Assembly: GCA_002269645.1 (NCBI GenBank)
Contig: NIVC01000237.1
Coordinates: 124,001 to 188,000, forward strand
Direction of reading: 5' to 3'
Source of the DNA: Macrostomum lignano
Taxonomy: Eukaryota
Length of the DNA: 64,000 nt
Shown here: piece after piece, positions 25,101 to 37,000 of the stretch
Position numbering within the stretch: the first letter of the stretch is position 1
Layout: every line of letters starts with the position of its first letter
Translations under genes and position numbers: made by a program
The notes under the pieces: model-generated
What the model was told of the DNA's origin: nothing
The model's input: only the letters and a program-made list of their open reading frames with translations
Databases searched by the model: none

Positions 25101-28100
25101 GAGGCGGATTTCATCAGCAGAGGGGCGGATTTCATCAGCAGAGGGCGGATTCTATCAGCAGAGGGGCGGATTCTATTAGCGGAGAGGCGGATTTCATCAG
25201 CAGAGGGGCGGATTCCATCAGCAGAGGGGCGGATTCCATCAGCAGAGGGGCGGATTTCATCAGCAGAGGGGCGGATTCTATTAGCGGAGAGGCGGATTTC
25301 ATCAGCAGAGGGGCGGATTCCATCAGCAGAGGGGCGGATTCTATCAACATAGATGGAGACCGGGTTGGACAGCAGGGCCAAATTCTTCCAGTAGAGACAG
25401 GTTACATTATGCACATGCACCAACGGAATAGTGGATTTCAACAGGCAGTCACGCAGAGTTGAATGTTGAAACTCCCGCATCTGCGCAACTCGCAGACACT
25501 TGGAAGCCGTTCGCCAGACAACCATCAACCGTATCCGATCCGCTTTCGAAACTTTGCTGTCCTCCTCGTTGCGGCGTCGCGGCTCCACCTGGAAGCTGCG
25601 CCGGCCCCTGTCCCGGATGCAGCCGCTGCAGTGCCTGCGCGAAGTGGCCGCCAACTACGCCTGCCTGGTCGACACCCTTCGCGAGGCCACCGACGGCCTC
25701 ACCGGTTTGGCTATGCAGGCCTCCGTCGCCGCATTCTTGCGCGCAGTTGAGTCCGAGGGACCGCTGGCCGCTCAGCTGCTGCACTTGGCCCTGTGCGCCA
25801 CGGCCGATAGCGACTCTAGGAAGCTGCGACGCGAAGCCGAAGCTCTGCGCAGGCGGATGTTCGGTTTGGACGATAGAGGATCGGCTGCTGCGGCTGGTCA
25901 GAATAATCAGAAGCATCCAGCCACTGCCGCACGATGCTCCAAGTGTCAGGGAGATCTGAGTAAGTCACTTGTGAACAGTGGCTCGGACTTTTAATATGAT
26001 GGCTGTTGATTGGTGTAATGGCTGTCAGATTGGTGTAATGGCTGTCAGATTGCTGTGATGGCTGTCAGATTGGTGTGATGGCTGTCAGATTGGTGTGGTG
26101 GCTGTCAGATTGGTGTGATGGCTGTCAGATTGGTGTGGTGGCTGTCAGATTGGTGTGGTGGCTGTCAGATTGGTGTGACGGCTGTCAGATTGGTGTGGTG
26201 GCTGTCAGATTGGTGTGATAGCTGTCAGATTGGTGTGATGGCTGTCAGATTGGTGTGGTGGCTGTCAGATTGGTGTGATAGCTGTCAGATTGGTGTGGTG
26301 GCTGTCAGATTGGTGTGATAGCTGTCAGATTGGTGTGATAGCTGTCAGATTGGTGTGGTGGCTGTCAGATTGGTGTGATAGCTGTCAGATTGGTGTGATA
26401 GCTGTCAGATTGGTGTGGTGGCTGTCAGATTGGTGTGACGGCTGTCAGATTGGTGTGGTGGCTGTCAGATTGGTGTGATAGCTGTCAGATTGGTGTGATG
26501 GCTGTCAGATTGGTGTGGTGGCTGTCAGATTGGTGTGATAGCTGTCAGATTGGTGTGATAGCTGTCAGATTGGTGTGGTGGCTGTCAGATTGGTGTGACG
26601 GCTGTCAGATTGGTGTGGTGGCTGTCAGATTGGTGTGATAGCTGTCAGATTGGTGTGATGGCTGTCAGATTGGTGTGGTGGCTGTCAGATTGGTGTGATA
26701 GCTGTCAGATTGGTGTGATAGCTGTCAGATTGGTGTGATAGCTGTCAGATTGGTGTGATAGCTGTCAGATTGGTGTGGTGGCTGTCAGATTGGTGTGATA
26801 GCTGTCAGATTGGTGTGATGGCTGTCAGATTGGTGTGGTGGCTGTCAGATTGGTGTGATAGCTGTCAGATTGGTGTGGTGGCTGTCAGATTGGTGTGACG
26901 GCTGTCAGATTGGTGTGGTGGCTGTCAGATTGGTGTGATAGCTGTCAGATTGGTGTGATGGCTGTCAGATTGGTGTGGTGGCTGTCAGATTGGTGTGGTG
27001 GCTGTCAGATTGGTGTGGTGGCTGTCAGATTGGTGTGATGGCTGTCAGATTGGTGTGATAGCTGTCAGATTGGTGTGATGGCTGTCAGATTGGTGTGGTG
27101 GCTGTCAGATTGGTGTGATAGCTGTCAGATTGGTGTGGTGGCTGTCAGATTGGTGTGATAGCTGTCAGATTGGTGTAAGCTGTCAGATTGGTGTAAGCTG
27201 TCAGATTGGTGTGATGGCTGTCAGATTGGTGCGATGGCTGTCAGATTGGTGTAAACTGTTAGATTGGTGTGATGGCTGTCAGATTGCTGTAAGCTGTCAG
27301 ATTGCTGTAAGCTGTCATTGCTGTAAGCTGTCAGATTGCTGTAAGCTGTCAGATTGGTGTGATGGCTGTCAGATTGCTGTAAGCCGTCAGATGCTGTAAC
27401 CTGTCAGATGGCTGTAAGCTGTGCAACAAATCAATCCCAACTATCGCAGACAAATCCAGCTCAGTTGTCATCATAGATGACGATAGCAGCAGCGATGACA
27501 GCAGCGACAATGGGGACATCGCTGACAGTCGCAAAGCGTCAATATCAGTCAGCGCTGAACAGAGCCATCAGAAGCGACTGCAAGCGACTGCTGAAGCTGC
27601 CAGATTTCTGTTGAATCGACTCGATAGTGCCAAGATCCAATCCAGTTCTGATCAGCGGCCTTTGCCTACAAATTCACTGACTGCCACTCTTGAAGAGCTA
27701 CAATCCGAGCTGCTTGAACGGTGCTGCCCAGACAGTGCTGAGGCTGCCGCTGCGCTGCTGCTAAACAGCCTGATTGCTGATGCGAGATTGGCCGCGGTGA
27801 GCTTTCCCCCTCTATCTTCCCCCCATTGCCTACTAACAAGTAGTAGGAGTAGCATATGACACGAATTTCTTTATTGTACATCTGTAACATGGGGTCAAAT
27901 TAATAAATTTACAGAATGCCACTCTATGGTATATAAAAGTACTGTCTCTCTTTCCATTCCCAGGCGCTGGACGCCACGTTCGTTCATTCGGCGTCTTTGA
28001 CAGCGAGGCCGGGTGGTGGCTCCGCTTTGATGCAACAACAGCCGCATTGCGCAGCAGTCATTGACGAAGCTGCCATGCTGCCCTCCAGTCTGCTGGCTAA

Positions 28101-31002
28101 AGCTAAGACTGCCGGCGATGTGTCGGCTGCTGAGGAGGCCCTGGCTGCTCTGGCTGACCTGCCACTGCTGACCGATGCCGAACGGAAGCTGGCCTGGGAT
28201 TTGCGATTCCGTCCTCGTCTGGGCTGCCTGGCCGAGTTTCTCAACGCCAATGCGGCTGCTGGTAGGTAGCTTTGCAGGCGTAGGGCGAGTGGTGTCCTGG
28301 AATCCCCGATCCCATGTCCTTGGATCCCTGATCCTAACCCACTGTGTCCTTGGATCCCTGATCCCAACACTGTGTGTCCTGGGATCCCTGATCCTAACCC
28401 ACTGTGTGTCCTAGGATCCATGATCCCAACCCAGTGTGTCCTGGGATCCCTGATCCCAATCCAGCGTGTCCTCGGATCCCTGATCCCAACACAGTGTGTC
28501 CTTGGATCCCTGATCCCAACCCACTGTGTGTCCTTGGATCCCTGATCCTAACCCACTGTGTGTCCTTGGATCCCTGATCCCAACCCACTGTGTGTCCTTG
28601 GATCCCTGATCCCAACACAGTGTGTCCTGGGATCCCTGATCCCAATCCAGCGTGTCCTCGGATCCCTGATCCCAATCCAGCGTGTCCTTGGTTCCCTTAT
28701 CCCAACCCACTGTGTCCTCGGATCCCTGACACCCCAACCCACTGTGTCCTTCGATCCCTGATCCCAACCCAGTATGTCCTTGAATCCCTGCAGATGCCAA
28801 AAAAGTTTGTAATTGACCTCCTGTTCTGGACTAAGTTTATTCTCACTCCCCAACCGTCCCGACCTGCACAGCCGCGGACCGCCACTCGCTGCTGTTTCTG
28901 CGCTCCGGCTCCGGCTGCCTTCGCCGTCTTGCCGCCGACGCCAATTTGGAGGCCTACCGCTGCGCCGTCTCGTCCGGCGACGCCCGCGCCGCTGCCGGAC
29001 TTTTAGCCTCACTGTGGGCCGTCCGACGTGCCGCCGCTGCCGCTGCCGTCGGGTCTGCCACCCCGATCGTCGGCGACGGAGACAACACCGACGTCGAGGC
29101 CGACGCCGACGATTTCCCTCGTGCCGCCGTTCGCCAGCTGGCCGTCGACGCCGCCGCCTCGGCCGGCTGGTCCCGACAGGCGCGCGTGGAGTTTGCCAGC
29201 CAGCTGGCCCGGCGCCTGCCTGCCTCCGCTGCCGCCGGCATTGGCTTCGACGCCTGCGTTGCCGGCTTCTTGACGGCTGGCGCAGACGATGCTGACGATC
29301 GCGGCGGCTTTGCTGCTTCGCTGCCAGACGACGCGCGTTGCCGATTGGCCGCCTGCTGGCCGCACCTTCGACTATCGCCGCCGCCGCCGCCGTTGTCGTC
29401 GTCAACATCGGCCACTAGTTCAGCCCTCGACGTCAAACCTACGTCGAAACAGAAGAACTTGTCGAAGTCCAAGCCAGCCGTTGATGTTTCCGCCTCCGCC
29501 GCTGTCCTCGCCACCGTAGACAACGATGAAGACTCCGTAGACTTGGACTCGGCTTCCTGTCGGGCCGTTATTGTCGATGGTATTCGACGCGGCGCCTTTG
29601 GCATCGACGTTGACTACGATGACGAGTCGGGCGGCGATGGAGACGCTGTCCCGGAGGCGTTGCGCGAGCATCACGAGCGTCTCGGTCGCAGTCTGGAACG
29701 GCTGTCGCGCGATCTGTACTCCGGCGAGGCTCACTTCCTGCTGGAGCTGCTGCAGAATGCCGATGATAACGCCTACCCGGAGGGAGCCACGCCTGCTGTT
29801 TGCTTTCAACTGTCGACTGGTAAGCTTTGGGGTGGGGTTAATTTCAGACGGGAGATTTTTGTCAGGTGTTTGAGTCTATTTGAAGATTACTGTCAAGAGT
29901 GTCAGGGGTTTGGGTCAGTATTCGAATATTACTGTCAGGGGATTACTGTCAGAGTGTCAGGGGTTTGAGTCAGTATTCGAATATTACTGTCAGGTGTTCG
30001 AGTCAGTATTCGAATATTACTGTCAGGGGTTCGAGTCAGTATTCGAATATTACTGTCAGGGGTTCGAGTCAGTATTCGAAGATTACTGTCAGGGGATTAC
30101 TGTCAGAGTGTCAGGGGTTTGAGTCAGTATTCGAATATTACTGTCAGGGGATTACTGTCAGAGTGTCAGGGGTTTGAGTCAGTATTCGAATATTACTGTC
30201 AGGGGTTTGAGTCAGTATTCGAATATTACTGTCAGGGGATTACTGTCAGAGTGTCAGGGGTTTGAGTCAGTATTCGAATATTACTGTCAGGGGTTTGAGT
30301 CAGTATTCGAATATTACTGTCAGGGGATTACTGTCAGAGTGTCAGGGGTTTGAGTCAGTATTCGGATATTACTGTCAGGGGTTTGAGTCAGTATTCGAAT
30401 ATTACTGTCAGGGGTTTGAGTCAGTATTCGAATATTACTGTCAGGGGTTCGAGTCAGTATTCGAATATTACTGTCAGGGGTTCGAGTCAGTAGTACCAAA
30501 ACGCACCAAACCAACACCCTCAGATGGATCCCAGCTCTCCGTCAGCTGCAACGAGCGCGGCTTCACTCCGCGCGCCGTTCGCGCCATTTGCGACGTCGGT
30601 CGGAGCACCAAATCGGCGCACGCCGCCGGCCGCATCGGGCACAAGGGCATCGGCTTCAAGGCCGTGTTCCGCGTGTCCGATGCGCCGGAAATTCATTCGG
30701 GAAATTTTCACTTCCGGTTCGATTTGACCAAAGCTGGGCCGTTGGGCTGCGTGCTGCCGCACTGGATACCCGGCCTGCGGACAGCCTGCGGTTTGTGTGG
30801 CTTTTGCTGACTGCTTTTGTTGTCCTTGTTGCTAATGAGATTGGCATTGTACTCGTAGCTTCAGAATTTTATGGCAAATAGACGGATAGGCAGACAGATA
30901 GACAGACAAACAGACAGACAGATAGACAGACAAGCAGGCAGGCAGGCAGACAGACAGGCAGACAGACAGACAGACAGACAGACAGACACGCAGACAGACA
31001 GT

Positions 31003-31047
<45 letters not shown>

Positions 31048-34000
31048 GACAGACAGACAGACAGACAGACAGTATAATGTTAGAAAGCGATAACTTTTTG
31101 CTATAAAAGAGGCACCAAATTGCATCTGCAGGCACGGAAATTCGAATTCCACTTCGCAATCCGGTCGGGCCGAATTCGCCGCTACTGGAGGAGCTCCGCC
31201 CGGAGCTTCTGCTGTTTCTCAACCGCCTGCGCCGCCTGCGCATCGTCTGCGCCGGCGACAATGAGGCCGACCTGCGCTGCACTGAGACGTCGCTCGTCTG
31301 CCTGGACGAGTCCGGCCACCAGACGGCGGACGACGTGGCTGTCCGATTGGAAACTCGAACTGGCGGCAGCAATGGCCGCCTGGTGTCCACCAGCGACTAC
31401 CTGCTGGTGTCGCAGTCTGTTGACGTTGGCGACGGTCGGGAGTCCAAGCTGACCGCGGCGATACCGCTTGACGATGTCGGCGAAGTCGACGGCGACATGG
31501 ACGGCGAAGAAGCTGACGGCGCGGTTGAAGAGGCCGAGTACCCGGTTTACGCCTACCTGCCTCTGAGGAGCTTCGGTTTCCGGTTTTTACTGCAGGTGGG
31601 TTGCCTATTATTATTATCAGATATTGCCTACTAATAAGTAGCAAGAAAAGAATATTTAGCGAAACTCTTATTTGCGTTCACCAAACGGTTACGTTAGTGA
31701 AGTACAAGTTTAGAACTTGAAGTAAGGCTCTCACTGTCTGCATCACAATGACTCGGGATGCCCGTCAACCCTTAGGGCGACTTCGAGATCCCCTCCTCGC
31801 GCGAGGACATTCGCCGAGATTCTGCATGGAACGAGCGACTCCGCGATCGCCTGCCGTCGCTGCTGCTGGCCGTGCATTCGGCGCTGAGTCGCCGATGCGG
31901 ACCTCTGATTGCCGCTTCTCGCTGCTTTGAACTGCTGCCGCTTGAGACTGAGCTGCAGGTAATGAATTGGCCGCTTATCTGAGTCACAGAGTCACCGAAT
32001 CGACCGCTCATTTGAGTCACTGAGTCACTGAATTAGTCGCTCATTTGAGTCACTGAATTAGTCGCTCATTTGAGTCACTGAATTGGCCGCTCATTTGAGT
32101 CACTGAATTGGCCGCTCATTTGAGTCACTGAATTGGCCGCTCATTTGAGTCACTGAATTGGCCGCTCATTTGAGTCACTGAATTGGTTGCTCATTTGAGT
32201 CACTGAATTGGCCGCTCATTTGAGTCACTGAATCACTGAATTGGCCGCTTATTTGAGTCACTGAATTGGCCGCTCATTTGAGTCACTGAATTGGCCGCTT
32301 ATTTGAGTCACTGAATTGGCCGCTCATTTGAGTCACTGAATTGGCCGCTCATTTGAGTCACTGAATTGGCCGCTTATTTGAGTCACCCTGCAATTTCAGG
32401 GCTTCTTCCGTCCATCCGGCCGGGCCATTCTGGCCGCCTTCCGACGCCTCGCCTGGCTGCCAGTGCTCAGCGGCGATGGGACCGGCGAATCTTTTCAGCG
32501 GGAGGGTCTTCAATTGCAGCCGCCTGGCAGCGTCCTGGCCGCTACCGACGATGTCGGTGACGACTGCGGCGAAGGCGTTGGAGGCGTCAGCTGTGGGCTG
32601 CTCGACACGCTCGGCCTGAGTCGGCCGGACGAGATTCGTCAGCTGCTGGGTGCCTGGCCGGCGCATCCGGAGCTGCTGCTGCGCCGAAAGCGCCAAACTA
32701 GGCACGGTCGGATAAGTCTGGCGCGCTGGCGCCAGCTGCAACAGGCGCTAGGTATGCCGGCGCCCTTGGCCGCATCCAGTGAGGCCGCCTCGGCCATGCT
32801 GAGGCGCCTGGTTGGCGCCGGCGATAAAAGCGACACCGGCGCTGCTGACTGGCGCGCCGCAGCCGCACTGCTCGATGCCGTCTGCTCGCAGGTTTGTGTC
32901 AGGCATCGCTCTCTGATCCCGTTCGAAACTGGCCCACTGATGTTGATAGAGACTTACCTCTTCTGGCCCAATAGTGAATCGTCCTGTCAGCCTCATGGAG
33001 ATGAACCAGAATCGCTCTCTGATTTCCTGTCAGAATCGCCCACCATAACTTCCTGTCAGAATCGCCCTCTGACTTCCTGTCAGAATCGCATCGCCCACTG
33101 ACTTCCTGTCAGAATTGCCCACTGACTTCCTGTCAGAATCGCCCTCTGACTTCCTGTCAGAATCGCCCACTGACTTCCTGTCAGAATCGCATCGCCCACT
33201 GACTTCCTGTCAGTATCGCATCGCCCACTGACTTCCTGTCAGAATCGCCCACTGACTTCCTTTCAGAATCGCCCACTGACTTCCTGTCAGAATCGCCCAC
33301 TAACTTTCTGTCAGAATCGCCCACTGACTTCCTGTCAGAATCGCCCACTGACTTCCTGTCAGAATCGCCCACTGACTTCCTGTCAGAATCGCCCACTAAC
33401 TTCCTGTCAGAATCGCCCACTGACTTCCTGTCAGAATCGCCCACTAACTTCCTGTCAGAATCGCCCACTGACTTCCTGTCAGAATCGCCCACTGACTTCC
33501 TGTCAGAATCGCCCACTGACTTCCTGTCAGAATCGCCCACTGACTTCCTGTCAGAATCGCCCTCTGACTTGCAGAGATAATCACCCTCTAAATGCTTATA
33601 AAAATCGCCCTTTGACTTTCACTCCCTCAGCCGTCGCTGTTTCGCCGAGCCCGCGCCAGCCTCCAGTCTCTGGCCTTCATCCCCGCTCTTCGCGGTCCTC
33701 ATCCGACCCGAGACCGGCTCACCGTCTGCCTGCGCGACAGCCTGCTGATCATGCCGCCGCCTCCGACATCGGCGGCAACATCAAAAGAAACAACCGACGC
33801 CGCCGTTTACGATTGGCCGAGCTGCTGTCGCTTATTGAACGAACTATTTCCCTGTCTGACTAAGCTGTGCATCCTGGATACGAAAGCCCTGAGTTCGATT
33901 CCCGGCGGCGATCAGGGATCTCTAGTTGCTAATCGATTGATGAAGCGATTTGAGCAGCTGGGCGCCCGCTATCCGGATCGCGACCTGCTGTTTGTTGAAT

Positions 34001-37000
34001 GCCTGCTGCCGGCGCTTCGAGCTGAAGCCGCCGCTCTGCCGTCGCTGGCTTGCCGAGCTTTGGGCGGCGCCGTGACACCTGCGGTTAAGGCGCGGCTCGT
34101 CCTGCTGGCCGACGCTGCCCGGCGACTCCGCCCAGCTGCGCCGCACCGAGTCGCCGAACTGGCCGACATTGTCCCCCTGCTGTTGGCCGACGGTCGAGCG
34201 GTCCTGCCGTTTCAGCACGCCGATGTTCACCTGCCAGAGCTGCTGGACACCTCCGGTTTTGCATTCGATCGGCTGAAATGGCAACGCAACGGCCGGCCCT
34301 GGAAGGTCGTGTCGGCGAGCCACTTTAGCGGCGCTGACAACGCACTGATCATCGACTGGCGCCGGTTCCTTGTTGATGACCTGGGCGTCCTTGACGGCCC
34401 CATGGAGTCGCCACCGGGTGACTTTCCCGAACTGGCCGACATTCTTGAAGAAGCTGACGCCGCCGTCAGCTCCGCTTGGGCGCTGATGTCGACTGGAAAT
34501 CCAGACGAAACTGTCGACGATGCCACTCTGCTGTCGCTGTTCGGCCACCTGTCGCAGGCTTGGCGGCGTCGCTACAGTCGACACCTGCCTGACGGTCGCT
34601 TCGGTCGCGCTGTCCGCTCTGTTGCCTGGCTGCCCACCGCCTGCCTTCTCCAGCCGTGTCTTGCGCGACTGCCGACACGCCTGGCGCCTGGCGCCGTTCA
34701 CCTGCCAGGCCCGGCCGTCGATTCGCTCGGCGCCGCTGACTTCCTGCCCGTGCTGAAGCCCGACACCGTGGCCGGAGCCGATCCGGACTTTCTGGCCGAC
34801 ATTGGAGTCCGCGCCGGCGGCCCGACACCTGCTGAAGTGGCCGACGCTCTGGTGGACTGGTCGGAGGCTGTCGGTGCGAATGGCCTGGTTCGAAGCTCAC
34901 TCAGCAGGATGACAGAGGTGTACAGGTTCTGCTGGCGCGGCTGGGATCAGCTGACGGAGCTTCAGCGATCACGACTGTCTGGGGGTCGCATTGTCTTCCT
35001 GCCCGACATCATCTCGCTGCATGATTCCGACAGCAGCTCCGGTCGAAGTTGTAGCCTAGTTGTCGACGGTCGATTCGTCGCTGGCTCCGGCGCAATCTGG
35101 TGCGGCGGCACCGACGGAGATGCCAACATAGAGATGTCGGCTGCTGCCGACTGGCCGTCGCCGATGCCGAGGCCGCTGCTGGAGGAGCTGCGCAGCCTGG
35201 CCAGCCTGCACTACCCGGCCGACCTGGCCGAATTTTTCATGAACTGCTGCGGTGTCCAGCGCCGGCCCTGCCTGGCCTGGTGCGAGCTTCGCCTGCGGCG
35301 CGCCTGTCGACTTAGTGGCGCCGAGGATTCCAGCAGCATCGACTCGGCGCTGGCCAGCCTGACCTCAATGCTCGCCGACATCGTTGTCGACGGCGCCGAC
35401 GACAACAAGGACAAGCGGCGCCAAGCAGCGGACATCCTCGACCGGCTGCGCCAGCTGGCCTGCCTGCCGCGGCTGTCCGGCGGCCGTTGCAGACCCTGCG
35501 ACCGGCCAGCCATCGTTTTAGACGAAGAAGACTTCGCTGACAGCGCTGCTCCTGCCGACGAACTCGATGATGACTTCCTTCGCCAGTTGGTCGACGCCGG
35601 TGCCCAGCTGGTCGACCTGCGGCGCCGTCGGTTTCCCTGTCGTAACTTGCGCCATCAGCTGCGCCATCTGTGCCAGTCGGAGTCGCTGCTCAACTTGCCA
35701 ACTCTTCAAGCCTGCCTGCGCTCCAGCCTGTTCCCCGATGATGCCGAGCAGAGGGACTCACCGATTCTTGAACGTCAGGCTGCTGACCTGCTCGACGGTG
35801 TACAGCGCTGGCTGTACTGCGTCTGGCCGGAGCGCTACGCTGCCGCTGTCGGGGCCGGCCTGCCGCAGCTGCTGGCCGCCACCCGGGTCGCCGCCGCGCC
35901 CTGTCTGGCCACCCGGCGCTACCTGGCTCAGAACCCCTTCGCCGCCGTGTCCACCCGTCGGCCGCACATGCTGCTGCCAACATCGCCATTGGAGTGTCGC
36001 CACCTCCTACTGGTGGACGCCGCAGACGCCAACGGCGACTCTTACGCGGCCGCCCGGCGCAGATGCGAGGCGCTGGTCTCGGCGTTGTTGCAGCTGGCCG
36101 GGCCGCTGCTGGCGCCTGTCAGCGAAGATCTGCGCGCATTGGCGCTCGACCTGAGCCTCTGCCGGCGCCCCGCTGGCGCTGTTGGGCCGGACGATGAGTC
36201 TGACCGACACCGCCGGCTCGAGGAACGCTTGCTGGCCCACGGCGGCGCCGTCTGGCATCCGGTCGGCTTTGAGAATTCCGGCGCAAGGTGGACAATTTTT
36301 CAGCGTCACCGACATCCTGCCGGTGGTTCGGCAAAGATGAGCCACCTGCCGGAGCCGCCGATGTCCGTTCAGCAGCAGCGGCAGCAGCTCAACGCGAGCG
36401 CCGATGATCAACCCGTTGCTAAGCGACCTCGAATGTCGATTCCACCGTCATCTTCGGTAGCGGCACCTGCGGGGACACCTTCAGCTGCACCTTCAGCGGC
36501 AACTTCAGCTGCACCTTCAGCGGCACCTTCAGCGGCTTCAGCTGCACCTTCAGCTGCACCTTCAGCTGCACCTTCAGCGGCAACTTCAGCTGCACCTTCA
36601 GCGGCACCTTCAGCGGCTTCAGCTGCACCTTCAGCTGCACCTTCAGCGGCAACTTCAGCTGCACCTTTAGCGGCACCTTCAGCGGCACCTTTAGCGGCAG
36701 CTTCGTCTGCAGCTGCCTCCAACGGTGCACGAACAAACGCTCTGCCTTTGTTTTTCCTGCGGCAGCAGCAGCAGCCGCCAGCTCTGACTGCCACCCTGGC
36801 TGAGCTGCCTGCTCCAACGCCTGAGCAGGTGCAGCGTCTGCTAGATTCGAACTCGCGACCTGCTGACAGTTCCGTAGACGAACTTGCCGGCCGAATCGGC
36901 GAACGCCTGGCCGCTGATTGGCTGCGCGGCCTGGCCAGCTTCGAGTCGCAGCCGGTTGCCGAGGTGGCCTGGCTGAACGAGTCAGCCGAGACCGGCCAGC

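Larger units (their letters stand above)
29700..31250 (+). other. GHKL ATPase core of the NOV-like gene (exons 7-9)
   Basis: Bergerat-fold motifs: ELLQNADD (I), NERGF (II), [11 protein letters not shown] (III), GTEIRIPL (IV), followed by the sacsin-like [14 protein letters not shown]. Confidence 0.9.

Noticed and set aside
24303-28800. Long ORFs such as (MESAPLL)n, ([12 protein letters not shown])n and (GSGIQGHT)n, and similar ORFs at 33181, 37259-37725, 38567-39027 and 42114-42519
   Set aside because: They are translations of intronic or intergenic tandem repeats that happen to lack stops. Spliced NOV and WSC models explain the locus without them.
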